Below, piece by piece: positions 16,667 to 26,676 of a DNA stretch of 64,000 nucleotides. The DNA is from a bacterium (lineage in GTDB: Bacteria > Cyanobacteriota > Vampirovibrionia > Obscuribacterales > Obscuribacteraceae): contig WGMS01000022.1 of the NCBI GenBank assembly GCA_016124935.1, positions 10,647-74,646 on the forward strand. Direction: 5' to 3'. The notes under the pieces were generated by a model. That model saw nothing but the letters and a program-made list of their open reading frames with translations, made no database searches and was not told where the DNA came from. Numbering within the stretch: the first letter of the stretch is position 1; each line of letters starts with the position of its first letter. A program made the position numbers and the translations under genes.

Positions 16667-18127
16667 CTATTGATTCGGACTCCAGCGAAGATTCGGTTTT
16701 CTGGCTGCCAGAGCTTCATCCAGCTTCTTCACCGGTGTATTGTGCGGCGCATCCTTGACCGTATCCGGAGTCTCGATACTCTCTTTGTCGATCTCTTTCA
16801 TTATCGAAATGAATTGATTGAGCGTCTCTCTCGATTCGGTTTCGGTCGGTTCGATCATCATCGCTTCCGGTACCACCAGAGGGAAGTAGACTGTCGGTGC
16901 GTGTACTCCGAAGTCGAGCATGCGCTTGGCGATATGAGCAGTGGAAACTCCCCTTGCTTTCTGGGTGGAGCCGGACATGACGAATTCGTGCATACAGGGT
17001 TGGCTGTATGGAACCTTATAGTTTTCTTTGAGACTCTGCTTCAGATAGTTAGCGTTCAAAATAGCGTCTCTGGACACCTGAGAAAGCCCGTTAGCGCCGT
17101 TGGCCAGGATATAGCTATAGGCACGGACTAAGATGCCGAAATTGCCGTAGAAGCCTTTTACCTTGCCGATTGAATCGGGACGATTCCAATCGAACTGGAA
17201 AAGCTCACCGGTTTTCTTGATGGTCGGTTTCGGGAAATAGGGCTCCAGCTCTTTGATGGCTGCAACGGCACATCCGCCCGGGCCACCGCCACCGTGGGGG
17301 GTGGAGAAGGTTTTATGGAGATTGAGGTGACAGACGTCGAAGCCCATGTCTCCAGGGCGGACCAGACCCATGACCGCGTTGAGATTGGCGCCGTCATAAT
17401 AAAGCAGACCACCGGCTTTATGCACCAACTCTTGCACTGTCCAGATCTCTTCCTCGAAGAGTCCCAGGGTGTTGGGATTGGTCAGCATGATCGCAGCCAC
17501 ATCGGGACCCAGGGCTGATTTAAGGGCATCGATATCGACTAGACCTCTATCGTTCGATTGGATCTCGACCACCTCGAAACCAGCCATGGCAGCTGTGGCC
17601 GGGTTGGTGCCGTGGGCGGTGTCAGGTACTATCACCTTGGTACGCTTATGATCGCCGCGGGCTTCAAAATAGGCTCGAATCAGAAGGAGACCGGTGAGTT
17701 CTCCGTGGGCTCCTGCTGCCGGCTGGAAAGTGACATGGGGCAATCCGACGATTTCGGAAATCGCCTTTTCCAGATTCCAGATAAGCTCAAGGGCTCCTTG
17801 AATTTGATCTTCCGGTTGATGAGGATGCAAATCGCGGAATCCGGAAAGTCCTGCCATGGCGTCGTTCACCTTGGGGTTGTACTTCATCGTACAGGAACCA
17901 AGCGGATAGAAGCCGGTGTCGATGCTGTGATTGAGTTGACTGAGACGAACATAGTGTCTGACACAGTCTAACTCGCTCACCTCGGGCAGTTGAGCCGCCT
18001 CTTTACGAAGCAGTTCGGGCGGGACCAAGTCCTCCAGCTTCTTCTCCGGTACGCCGGGCTCAGGAAGAACTGCAGCGGTTCTTCCTTGGCTGGATTTTTC
18101 ATAGATCAACTTTTCCATTTTCATCAA
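16667..18127 (-). CDS. gcvPB: glycine dehydrogenase (aminomethyl-transferring) subunit 2
   Basis: 486 aa. The PLP-lysine context [19 protein letters not shown] and overall P-protein subunit 2 pattern fit. Confidence 0.92.
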   Translation of the reverse strand: MMKMEKLIYEKSSQGRTAAVLPEPGVPEKKLEDLVPPELLRKEAAQLPEVSELDCVRHYVRLSQLNHSIDTGFYPLGSCTMKYNPKVNDAMAGLSGFRDLHPHQPEDQIQGALELIWNLEKAISEIVGLPHVTFQPAAGAHGELTGLLLIRAYFEARGDHKRTKVIVPDTAHGTNPATAAMAGFEVVEIQSNDRGLVDIDALKSALGPDVAAIMLTNPNTLGLFEEEIWTVQELVHKAGGLLYYDGANLNAVMGLVRPGDMGFDVCHLNLHKTFSTPHGGGGPGGCAVAAIKELEPYFPKPTIKKTGELFQFDWNRPDSIGKVKGFYGNFGILVRAYSYILANGANGLSQVSRDAILNANYLKQSLKENYKVPYSQPCMHEFVMSGSTQKARGVSTAHIAKRMLDFGVHAPTVYFPLVVPEAMMIEPTETESRETLNQFISIMKEIDKESIETPDTVKDAPHNTPVKKLDEALAARKPNLRWSPNQ

Positions 18128-18145
18128 TCCCCATCAACAACGCTT

Positions 18146-18802
18146 TCAGTGCTCGAATATGCCGGCGAATCCCTTTAGATCAAGTTCGCAAACGGTCGGC
18201 AAGGTTTTGAAAAGCTTCTCGGCAAGCTCCAGTCGGTCTTCTCTTTCTAGAATCTCGGTGAGTTTTTTCTTGAGCGGAGGCAAGACCAGCACATCATTGG
18301 CCGCGTATTCCAACTGGGCTTCGGTGAGGTCCGAGCGTGCCCAATCGCTTGTTTGATTGCTCTTGTCAAGCTCTTTGCCGAGCAGCTCCGAAACCAGGTA
18401 TTTGAGGCTGTGTTTATCCGTGTAGGTACGGACTAATTTGGAGGCGATTTTCGTGCACCAGATCGGATTGATGTCGATGTCGAGATAATGCTTCATTACC
18501 GCCACGTCGAAACGGGCGAAATGAAACAGTTTGGTGACCGATTCTGCTTCGAATAGCTTTTTGAGATTGGTCTCTTTCTTGGTTGGCAGGCTGGCTGGAT
18601 CCTGAAATTTTATAAAGGTGACCAGTCCTTCATTATCGCTTATTTGCACCAGGCATAGTCTATCCCGGGGGATAACCAGACCTCTGGTCTCGGTATCCAC
18701 CGCGATGCAATCCTTGGTCAGATAGTGGTCGAGTACGCTTTCGGGAATATCGAAATCGAATACTTGCAGCTTCTTTTGTTTCACTAGTGCCTCTGTGGTC
18801 AC
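18146..18802 (-). CDS. DEDDy 3'-5' exonuclease (RNase D-like, single domain)
   Basis: Exo I AVDTETRGL, Exo II LFHFARFDVAVM, Exo III YAANDVLVL. Confidence 0.8.
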   Translation of the reverse strand: MTTEALVKQKKLQVFDFDIPESVLDHYLTKDCIAVDTETRGLVIPRDRLCLVQISDNEGLVTFIKFQDPASLPTKKETNLKKLFEAESVTKLFHFARFDVAVMKHYLDIDINPIWCTKIASKLVRTYTDKHSLKYLVSELLGKELDKSNQTSDWARSDLTEAQLEYAANDVLVLPPLKKKLTEILEREDRLELAEKLFKTLPTVCELDLKGFAGIFEH

Positions 18803-18936
18803 GACCCTGCCCCTTTATGATTTGCTGAGATCAGCTCTTATTATAGGCTGCCTGAATGGGCTGGATCCCTCTTGAGTGCCGCTTGTGAAGCACTATATAA
18901 GTTAGGTTCAGTTTAGTTTGGACTGGAAGCCGGTTT

Positions 18937-20250
18937 TCAGTATGCCCGGTCTAATACTTCGGCAATGTGTCTGACCTCGATATCGAGACCGCGGGCGGCA
19001 ATCCCGGCTTCCAGCTGCAGCTGGCAGCCGGGATTGCTGGTCACCACTGTTTTTGCTCCTGTTTTTTCGAGATGGTCTAGTTTTTCTTCGAGGATGTCGA
19101 GAGAGAGTTCGGTGTTGAACAGGTTATAGATACCGGCGGAGCCGCAACAATGTTCCTGTTGCGCAAGCGGAACCAATTTCCGGGTGTCGTTTTTTTTGTC
19201 GAGTTCTTGCAATAGAGTGAGCGGCTCTTCATGCACTTTCTGGGCATGGGCAAGATGGCAAGCCGCATGATAAGTGGTTTTTCTTTCAAAAGGCTCCGGA
19301 ATCGTCTGGAACGTGTACTGGACAAGAAACTCAGAAAGGTCCCTGACTCTTGCCGAAAACTCAGCCGCCCGGTGCGCCAGTTCGGGATCGTCTTCAAAGA
19401 GGGTTTTGTAGTGTTTGAGCATGGCGCCACAGCCGGCGGCGTTGACTATTATAGGATCCTGTCCGAAACCGAATCTCTCCAGATTACGCCTGGCCAGATC
19501 CCTGGCGATGTCTGCTTCTCCCTGGTGAAAAGCCAGGGCGCCGCAACAGGTCTGATCCGGCACTTCTACCGAATGACCCTGTTTGAGCAGAATGCGCATG
19601 GTACTGTGGTTGACATGGTTATAGAAAATGTCCATCACACAGCCCTTGAAAAGAAGGGTATGTACACCTCTATCCGACGGGTTTTTGGGATCGAGGCGAG
19701 TGGGCAGGGGAATATGCTCTTTCAGCAGGGGCAAGAATTTTTCCCATCCGGCAAGTCTTTTCAAGAAACGGCGGGGAGGAGATAGTGTCGTATCCGGTGC
19801 AAAATGATCGGTCAGGCGTCCTAAAACGCGGCTGCCCATAGCAAGTTGCCAGATGCGCAGAAGCATCCCAAGAACTCTCAGGAGTCCATAACGGGGCAGG
19901 ACCTGACGGAAGGCGATTCTACCCAGCAGTCTAGAAAAGGCGGATCTTTTGTTCGCCAGCTGCGGCCTGACCGCGTCTAAGATAGATTCGTAGTCGACTC
20001 CCGAGGGACAGGCGGTTTGACAACCGAGGCAGCCCAGGCAAGAGTCCAGATGTTCCGCCAGTCTATCTGAGAAAGGAAGCTTGTTCGAGACATACTGGTC
20101 AACCAGATAGATGCGCCCCCGGGGAGATTCGGTCTCCCGACCCGTGGCCAGATAGGTCGGGCAAGCCGGCAAGCAAAGACCGCAGTGGATGCAGGCTTCG
20201 AGGGTGGCTTTGCTCAGATTGATTACTCTAGATCCGTTGATATCATCCAT
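18937..20250 (-). CDS. glcF: glycolate oxidase iron-sulfur subunit-like (Fe-S)-binding protein
   Basis: Two 4Fe-4S motifs (CIHCGLCLPACP, CLGCLGCQTACP) and two CCG domains (CCGALAF, CCGSAGIY). Confidence 0.8.
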   Translation of the reverse strand: MDDINGSRVINLSKATLEACIHCGLCLPACPTYLATGRETESPRGRIYLVDQYVSNKLPFSDRLAEHLDSCLGCLGCQTACPSGVDYESILDAVRPQLANKRSAFSRLLGRIAFRQVLPRYGLLRVLGMLLRIWQLAMGSRVLGRLTDHFAPDTTLSPPRRFLKRLAGWEKFLPLLKEHIPLPTRLDPKNPSDRGVHTLLFKGCVMDIFYNHVNHSTMRILLKQGHSVEVPDQTCCGALAFHQGEADIARDLARRNLERFGFGQDPIIVNAAGCGAMLKHYKTLFEDDPELAHRAAEFSARVRDLSEFLVQYTFQTIPEPFERKTTYHAACHLAHAQKVHEEPLTLLQELDKKNDTRKLVPLAQQEHCCGSAGIYNLFNTELSLDILEEKLDHLEKTGAKTVVTSNPGCQLQLEAGIAARGLDIEVRHIAEVLDRAY

Positions 20251-20271
20251 GATGGCGCCTTAAACAAGAAT

Positions 20272-21498
20272 TCAAAATCGGATCCCGGGATTCAATATAA
20301 ATTCCGGGTCGAAGCGTTTTTTTATGCTCTCTTTCAGATTGGATAACCTGGTGGCATTGTCCTTAATTGCATGATTGACCTGATTAATAGTTTTGACCTT
20401 GTATAGACCGTCGTCGGATCTGTGCGCCAGGGTGATGGCGCCGGCCAGGCTGCACTGCATCGCCGGGAAGGCGAGTTTGCGCTCCAGTGAATCGAGATGA
20501 TCTTTTTTTAGTTTCAAGGTCAGCTTGCCCTGGAGCGGTCTTAAGCTGAAGGTACACCCTTCAACTTCGTTGAGAATCTCAGGAATAAGTTTGAGTGGAG
20601 CCGCCAACTCCACCAGATCGCAGACGGCGTTATCGCTAAGGCTGAAACCGGCTAATTTATCGAGCAGTCCGTCGAGGGCGTCTTTTTCAAGACGGTGAAT
20701 CTTTCCAACACCGCTCATATTGGAGACCAGCTCTTCGAGATGGTCCATCGACTCTTCCACCTCTTTCCGGTGTCCGAAATCGGCCACCAGGGCGAATCTC
20801 TCAAATCTCTCGGGCAAAAAATCCGCGCTTGCTATTTCGAGGACTTTTATCGCAATACCCGATGCTATCAAGCTTTTGCAAAACCCGGGAATAATGTCGG
20901 GGGATTCTAAGGGCATAAGAAGGGCTTGCCGGAATTGAGGCAGGGCGAACAGTCTGAGGTGGGCGCGGTGGCTTATCCCGAGCCAGGAGCGAGAGCCCAC
21001 AAGCAATTTTGTCAGATCGTAGCCGGTGACGTTCTTGACTATCTTGCCGCCGCTTTTGAAAGCGCTGCCGTCGGCCAAAATGCTATCAAGACCTAGAACC
21101 AGATTTCTCGGTCCACCGAAACCGGTGTCTAAGGGACCTCCGTTGCCTGTTTCGATGAGCTCGTTTACGGAAGAATTCGGAGAACTTCCATTTACCGGCA
21201 GCCACTGTCCGGATCGAGCCAGATAACGGTTCAGCTCAGCTATCTTTATGCCTGTCTCAACGGTGATAACCATATCTTCTTGAACATGCTCCACCACTGA
21301 GTCGAGGGCGGAAAGATCGATGACTATAGAGCCTTTGTGCTCGCTTACCTCGCTTAAAAAGGCTCCTCCGGTCAAGATTTTGGTTTGCTCTGTCGAAGCC
21401 TTGCGCAGAATGCGACTCAATTCGGTGGCGTCTCCCGGTCTCAGGGAGGGTGTAGCTTCTGACAGCGTGACCGGTTCATTGCTTTCGTTTTTGTTCAT
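20272..21498 (-). CDS. glcE: FAD-binding oxidoreductase, GlcE-like
   Basis: 408 aa. The N-terminal PCMH-type FAD-binding-like region (ILTGGAFLS...VIDLSALDSVVEHVQEDMVITVETGIKIAELNRYLARSGQWLPV) fits, and the gene sits directly upstream of glcF. The call is weaker than for glcF. Confidence 0.6.
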   Translation of the reverse strand: MNKNESNEPVTLSEATPSLRPGDATELSRILRKASTEQTKILTGGAFLSEVSEHKGSIVIDLSALDSVVEHVQEDMVITVETGIKIAELNRYLARSGQWLPVNGSSPNSSVNELIETGNGGPLDTGFGGPRNLVLGLDSILADGSAFKSGGKIVKNVTGYDLTKLLVGSRSWLGISHRAHLRLFALPQFRQALLMPLESPDIIPGFCKSLIASGIAIKVLEIASADFLPERFERFALVADFGHRKEVEESMDHLEELVSNMSGVGKIHRLEKDALDGLLDKLAGFSLSDNAVCDLVELAAPLKLIPEILNEVEGCTFSLRPLQGKLTLKLKKDHLDSLERKLAFPAMQCSLAGAITLAHRSDDGLYKVKTINQVNHAIKDNATRLSNLKESIKKRFDPEFILNPGIRF

Positions 21499-21593
21499 AG
21501 AGAAACGATATCAGAATTAACGGTACTAATAAAACGGATCTCTGCTGATATCATTGAGTCCGTTCAGGTCCACCGCTTTTCTTAGTAAGTACT

Positions 21594-22739
21594 TTGCCCG
21601 ATTTTACCCACGACAGCATAGATAAAAATGCAAAGGACCTGGTGCTTGTCTCCGGCTACTACGGCTTTGGTAATCTTGGCGACGAAGCGATTCTAGAAGT
21701 TCTTTGTTCTCAGTTGAAATCCGAATCCATAGTAGTGTTATCGAACAATCCCCGGAAAACCGCCTCGACCTTTTCGGTAGAAGCGCGCAGTCGTTGGAAA
21801 CTGGCGAAAGTCTTTGCCCTCTTTCAAAGGACAAAGTTGTTTGTCAGTGGCGGCGGTGGGCTCTTCCAGGACACCAGTTCGTTGCGCTCGGTTATCTACT
21901 ATTCTCTTCTACATTTCATGGCGAGGATAGCCGGGGTAAAGGTTCTGGTCTATGCCCAGGGACTGGGTCCACTGCGCTCACCCCTGGCTAAGTATCTGAC
22001 CTCGTTATCGATGCGCTTTTCCGATTCGATTACTGTAAGAGATCCACAATCGCTGCGCATGCTTCGAAACTGGGGACTTTGCGGTCATCTCACCGCCGAC
22101 CCCGTATGGTCTCTTGCGCCCGGCAATCTTCCCGGAGAGATTGAAAGCGAGCTGGAGCGATTTAAAAAAGATGGCGATGGTGGCAACATTCTGATAGGGC
22201 TATCTTTGAGGGAGCATTCCTCGATGGATGAGAACTCTCTTAATAGATTCAAGAAGATTCTCTCCGCTGCTTTGCCGCCGAATGCGGTGCTGGTTCCTCT
22301 TATCTTGCAAAAGGATCAAGATACGCGTCCATTGGATTCGGTTATCGATGAGTGGACGGGGAAAGGGCGAGCTGTGCTCAGATTCGATGCGGAATCTCTA
22401 GAGCGTCCGAGCCAGTGGCTTGCCCTGATAGGCCGGTTGGATTATGTTGTGGGTATGCGTCTTCATTCTTTGATCATGGCTCTGGGAGCCGGTGTGCCTG
22501 TATTTGGGCTCTCTTACGACCCCAAAGTCGAAAAGGTGATGAAAGAGTTCGGGCAACCTTTCTTAAATTTGATCAATGATCGGGCGGTTTTTGAGGACGA
22601 TCAGGCTATGGAAAAACTGTTGAAAGAAGCGCTATTGCGTCGTCAAGATAGTATCCAGTCTTTGAAAAAGCCCCTGGATGAGGCTCGCCGGGCCGCTTGC
22701 ATGAATATCCATTTTATAGATAGAATTTTAGGCAGGTAA
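21594..22739 (+). CDS. csaB: polysaccharide pyruvyl transferase CsaB
   Basis: 381 aa. The N-terminal SGYYGFGNLGDEAILE motif and overall PS_pyruv_trans pattern fit. The TTG start is uncertain. Confidence 0.8.
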   Translation: MPDFTHDSIDKNAKDLVLVSGYYGFGNLGDEAILEVLCSQLKSESIVVLSNNPRKTASTFSVEARSRWKLAKVFALFQRTKLFVSGGGGLFQDTSSLRSVIYYSLLHFMARIAGVKVLVYAQGLGPLRSPLAKYLTSLSMRFSDSITVRDPQSLRMLRNWGLCGHLTADPVWSLAPGNLPGEIESELERFKKDGDGGNILIGLSLREHSSMDENSLNRFKKILSAALPPNAVLVPLILQKDQDTRPLDSVIDEWTGKGRAVLRFDAESLERPSQWLALIGRLDYVVGMRLHSLIMALGAGVPVFGLSYDPKVEKVMKEFGQPFLNLINDRAVFEDDQAMEKLLKEALLRRQDSIQSLKKPLDEARRAACMNIHFIDRILGR

Positions 22740-22772
22740 GGCAAATTTTATCTCTCAAGAAGGCATCTTCTA

Positions 22773-23663
22773 ATGGCAACTGCTGGCAATAATTTCGAAT
22801 CTAGACAGAAAGTACTGGGATATCCCGTGGATGTGGTCAATGAGAGCGAAGCGCTTTCTATGATCGAGAACAGCTGGGAGCTATCGAGGACCATGCATGT
22901 GGTCACGATCAACGCCGAGATGGTCATCCAGGCCCAGAAGGACAATCGGCTGGATAGGATCATCCGTCATGCGCATCTTATAGTTCCCGATGGTGCCGGA
23001 GCGGTCTTCGCTCTCAAGCTGGACGGACATGACAGCGTGCGGGTGCCCGGTATCGAGCTTGCCGAAAAGGCGCTCTCGGCGGCGGCCAGAAAAGGCATTC
23101 CGGTAGCTCTTCTGGGTAGCAAAGCCGAAATTATCGAGAAGCTGCGCAAAGACCTTCCCAAAATCCATCCCGGTCTTCACATCTGTGCTTCCCAAGACGG
23201 TTATATAAATGAAGCCGAAGAAGAAGAGGTGGTGCGTCAAATCGCACAGAGCAAGCCCGGCTTACTGCTTGTCGCCATGGGGGTTCCGCGGCAGGAGTAT
23301 TTCATCGACAAATGGATAAGTCTCTTCCCCGGTACAGTAATAATAGGTGTAGGCGGCAGTTTCGATGTTTTCGCCGGAGCGGTCAAACGGGCGCCGGTTC
23401 TCTTTCAGAAGCTTCATCTCGAATGGTTCTATAGATTGATTAAAGAGCCCTGGAGATTCAATCGTATGGCTTCCACCCTGCCTAATTTCGCTTTTCAAGT
23501 GTTGTTCAATCATTTCTTTAATTCGAGCCCCCGGGCGCTATCGGCATCGGAACCCCATCCCAGTGCCGGGCGACGCAGCCATTCTCCCAAAAAGAGAAGA
23601 GTGCGGGACTCCCAGGACAGATCTAAAAAATCAACTGAATCCAGAGAGTCCACCGATATATAG
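22773..23663 (+). CDS. WecB/TagA/CpsF-family glycosyltransferase (N-acetylmannosaminyltransferase-like) with basic C-terminal tail
   Basis: LIVPDGAGAVFA, VAMGVPRQEYF and HLEWFYRLIKEPWRFNRM motifs. About 50 aa of Ser/Arg/Lys-rich tail follow the domain. Confidence 0.85.
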   Translation: MATAGNNFESRQKVLGYPVDVVNESEALSMIENSWELSRTMHVVTINAEMVIQAQKDNRLDRIIRHAHLIVPDGAGAVFALKLDGHDSVRVPGIELAEKALSAAARKGIPVALLGSKAEIIEKLRKDLPKIHPGLHICASQDGYINEAEEEEVVRQIAQSKPGLLLVAMGVPRQEYFIDKWISLFPGTVIIGVGGSFDVFAGAVKRAPVLFQKLHLEWFYRLIKEPWRFNRMASTLPNFAFQVLFNHFFNSSPRALSASEPHPSAGRRSHSPKKRRVRDSQDRSKKSTESRESTDI

Positions 23664-23668
23664 GCGAG

Positions 23669-24079
23669 ATGATCTTCAAAAGCGACATGAGCCCGGAAGA
23701 TGCCCGGGAGCTCTCCTTGAGAAATCTTGCTCATCTCGGTGATGCTGTTTTCGAGCTCTATGAGCGAGAGAAAGAAATCTCCGAAAAGAAGCTTGCCAAG
23801 CAGATTCATAAGCAAGTGGTCTCCAGAGTCAACGCCAGGAGCCAGGCAGAGTTGCTGCACCGCATAGCCGAGAGCCTGACCGAAGCCGAGCGCGATTTGG
23901 TGCGCCGGGCTCGAAATTTGAAAGCCGGCAATTTCAAAAAGGTCGACCAGGCCGTTTATCGACAAGCCACCGCCTTTGAAGCCTTATTAGGATATCTGTA
24001 TGTCACCGATATGGAGAGACTGAAGCGGATTCTCGCCTTAACCGATGCAGAGGATTTGGATCTCTCAGATATTGAGTAA
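23669..24079 (+). CDS. mrnC: Mini-ribonuclease 3
   Basis: 136 aa with an RNase III-like catalytic motif LAHLGDAVFELYER and AFEALLGYLY. There is no dsRBD. Confidence 0.85.
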   Translation: MIFKSDMSPEDARELSLRNLAHLGDAVFELYEREKEISEKKLAKQIHKQVVSRVNARSQAELLHRIAESLTEAERDLVRRARNLKAGNFKKVDQAVYRQATAFEALLGYLYVTDMERLKRILALTDAEDLDLSDIE

Positions 24080-24223
24080 TGTGTCCGATCAAATCGAAGA
24101 CACCGACCAATCCTTAACAATAGGTTGTAATGGCGCGATGGCAGAGATTGTAGTGTTACCTTAAATTTCGAAGACCTCCTGTGTCTGCTTTCAATTCATT
24201 TCAATTCAGGGGACCCCAGACCG

Positions 24224-25345
24224 GTGAGTTTAAGCTCGGAAGACATCTACAGATGCCTTATGGACAAGAGTGCTGATGGTTATATCGTCAGCGATTCAAG
24301 GGGCCTGATTGTCAGCTGCAACAGAGCTGTTGCCAAGCTGGTGGGCAAAGAAGAGAGTCAGCTGGTGGGCTCCCAGCTGTCGAGCCTGATCGATTTTGAA
24401 AGAGACGAGGCCAAAGATGCCTCCGGGGCTGTTTCCCCTTTGCCTGCCGGAGCCGACAAGCTTGGTATCGAGAACGTCAAGACCGTTGCCGTCATAGGCA
24501 AAGCAGGCAGCGAATTTTTGATGCCGGTTACCCATACGCCCATCGGCTCGGATAACGGCAAAAGCGAAGACTTTCTGACGATTATATATATCCTCCAGGC
24601 TAGCACCGTTCAGCAAGCGCAGACAGAGTTCGTCAGCACTGTCAGCCATGAATTGAGGACTCCCTTAACCAGCATTAAAGGTTTTGCCGATACTATTTTG
24701 AGAGCCGGCGATCGCATCGATGTCGCCGCCCAGCGTCGTTATATAGGCATTATCAAAGATCAAGCCGACCGACTGACCAGGCTTGTTGAAGATCTTCTTG
24801 CCGTATCGCGGCTGGAGTCGAAAAGGCTGCAGTTGACGATTCGCGCCATCGATCTGAAGGAGGCGGTGGAGAGAGTACAGCGTAATCTTTCTGAAAAGGC
24901 AGGCGATCATTCTGTCGATGTCCGCTTCGGACCAGGGATTCCGCCGGTCTGGGCCGATGCCGATAGATTGGAGCAGATCCTCACCAATCTCATAGATAAT
25001 GCCATCAAGTACTCACCGGCCAATACCACCGTAACAGTATCGGCTAATGTTATTTCCCCGGATGATCCAAAGCAGCCCGAGATGATCGAGATCTGTGTCA
25101 ATGACCAGGGTGTGGGCATCTCTAAGGAGAATATTCCAAAAATCTTTTCTAAGTTCAGCCGTCTCGATAATCCCCTGGTGCGCCAGACCGAAGGCACCGG
25201 GCTTGGCTTATACATAACCAGATCTCTGGTATTGGCTCTTGGCGGTGATATCAGCATTACTTCCGAGCCGGGCAATACCACATTCACGGTCAAACTTCCC
25301 TCGGCAAGCCTCGAGATGCAGGCGGCAAGAGGTAGGGACGTCTGA
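24224..25345 (+). CDS. PAS-domain sensor histidine kinase (cytoplasmic)
   Basis: H-box SHELRTPLTSIKG, N-box LTNLIDNAIKYS, G1 NDQGVGI, G2 GTGLGLYI, and an N-terminal PAS-like segment. The stop overlaps the next gene's start (TGATG). Confidence 0.88.
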   Translation: MSLSSEDIYRCLMDKSADGYIVSDSRGLIVSCNRAVAKLVGKEESQLVGSQLSSLIDFERDEAKDASGAVSPLPAGADKLGIENVKTVAVIGKAGSEFLMPVTHTPIGSDNGKSEDFLTIIYILQASTVQQAQTEFVSTVSHELRTPLTSIKGFADTILRAGDRIDVAAQRRYIGIIKDQADRLTRLVEDLLAVSRLESKRLQLTIRAIDLKEAVERVQRNLSEKAGDHSVDVRFGPGIPPVWADADRLEQILTNLIDNAIKYSPANTTVTVSANVISPDDPKQPEMIEICVNDQGVGISKENIPKIFSKFSRLDNPLVRQTEGTGLGLYITRSLVLALGGDISITSEPGNTTFTVKLPSASLEMQAARGRDV

Positions 25346-26661
25346 TGCTCCTACCCAAGCCCCAGATTCTGGTTATTCACCAAACCCGGCAGGCGGCCGA
25401 CTATGCCTCGGTGCTAGAAAAAACCGGTGCCAGGGTCAGCGCTGTCGCCTCTTTCGAAGAGGCCAATGAGCTGCTTTCTTTTCTTCATCCGGATTTAATC
25501 GTTCTATCGGCCAATATGCCCGAAGGAGACGGCAGGCTCTATTGCCAGCAAATTCGAGCCACGGTAGTCCATCCCAGGCCGGTTCTCGTATTGCTCCATC
25601 CCTCAGACGATGTCAATGAGAGAATCAATGCCTTTAGATATGGTGCCGACGACGTGCTGGCCGATCCTATAGACAAAAACGAGCTCGCCATAAGGGTGCT
25701 GGCCCATTTGAGGCGCCGTCAGGAAGAGTTCTCCAATCCGCTTACTCAGTTGCCCGGTCCCAATATGATAAGGCGTATGCTGGAGCAACATCTGGTCTCC
25801 GATCGCTCCTGGGCGGCTATGTCTATCGACTTGAATAAGATAAGGGTCTATAACGAGACCTATGGCGATCTTGCCGGAGATCAGTTGATCAAGGCTCTGG
25901 GAGCCATTCTTACAGACATAGCAGACGAGAACGACTTTGTCGGTCATATCGAAGCCGATGACTTCATCATGACCACACCGCCTGCCGAAGCGGCCCGGAA
26001 AGCGGAGCGCATCTGTCAGCAGTTCGATACCATAAGCACTAGATTCTATCCCAAAGGCGATCTCGAAAGAGGTTACCTGATCTCGACCGGACGTGGCGGT
26101 ATCAGAAGAAGGATTCCCCTTATCTCTATCGCTATTGGTATTGTGGACAGTACCAAGCGTCGATTCCACAGTTATGTCGACGTCTTGACCACGGCAAGGG
26201 ATGCTCGCTATCTGGCCAAGGAAAAGGCAGAGTCTTGCTATGTCGTTAGTCAGACCCCGAGCGATGCCGGTCGGGTCGAGATGACCAGCTCCAAGATTCT
26301 GGTGGTGGAGCCCGATGGTGCCATGGCCTGTCTCTTGCAAGAGACCCTCTCTTTAGAGGGTTATATCGTCGATGTCACCTCCTCTGCCGATGATGCCCTG
26401 GAGATGTGCAAATATGATCCCCATCCGGATCTGGTTTTGCTCGAATCGAATCTAACCGACAGAGTGATGGATGGCTGGAAGCTATGTCAGAAGCTCAAAG
26501 AAGATAACGAACTATCCAAGATCTGGGTGGTAATGGCAACTTCTCATCCCGATCAATCGAGAGCGCTGGAAGCCGGTGCCGATCTGTATCTTCCCAAACC
26601 TTTCGATATGCCGAGCTTGCTTACCGAGATAAGCCAACTCTTGAAGAAATCGCTCGCCTGA
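25345..26661 (+). CDS. response regulator with REC / degenerate GGDEF / REC architecture
   Basis: The N-terminal REC-like domain is followed by a GGDEF-fold region (LTQLPGPNMIRRML...) whose signature is EADDF instead of GGDEF. A C-terminal REC follows (ILVVEPDG...DLVLLESNL...LPKPF). Confidence 0.8.
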   Translation: MLLPKPQILVIHQTRQAADYASVLEKTGARVSAVASFEEANELLSFLHPDLIVLSANMPEGDGRLYCQQIRATVVHPRPVLVLLHPSDDVNERINAFRYGADDVLADPIDKNELAIRVLAHLRRRQEEFSNPLTQLPGPNMIRRMLEQHLVSDRSWAAMSIDLNKIRVYNETYGDLAGDQLIKALGAILTDIADENDFVGHIEADDFIMTTPPAEAARKAERICQQFDTISTRFYPKGDLERGYLISTGRGGIRRRIPLISIAIGIVDSTKRRFHSYVDVLTTARDARYLAKEKAESCYVVSQTPSDAGRVEMTSSKILVVEPDGAMACLLQETLSLEGYIVDVTSSADDALEMCKYDPHPDLVLLESNLTDRVMDGWKLCQKLKEDNELSKIWVVMATSHPDQSRALEAGADLYLPKPFDMPSLLTEISQLLKKSLA

Positions 26662-26676
26662 ATTTAAGCCTTCGGT

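Noticed and set aside
16667-18127. gcvPB without adjacent gcvPA, gcvT or gcvH as evidence of rearrangement caused by the RT insertion
   Set aside because: Glycine-cleavage genes are scattered in many genomes. With no sequence scars such as direct repeats or truncated genes at the RT borders, this cannot be supported from this window.
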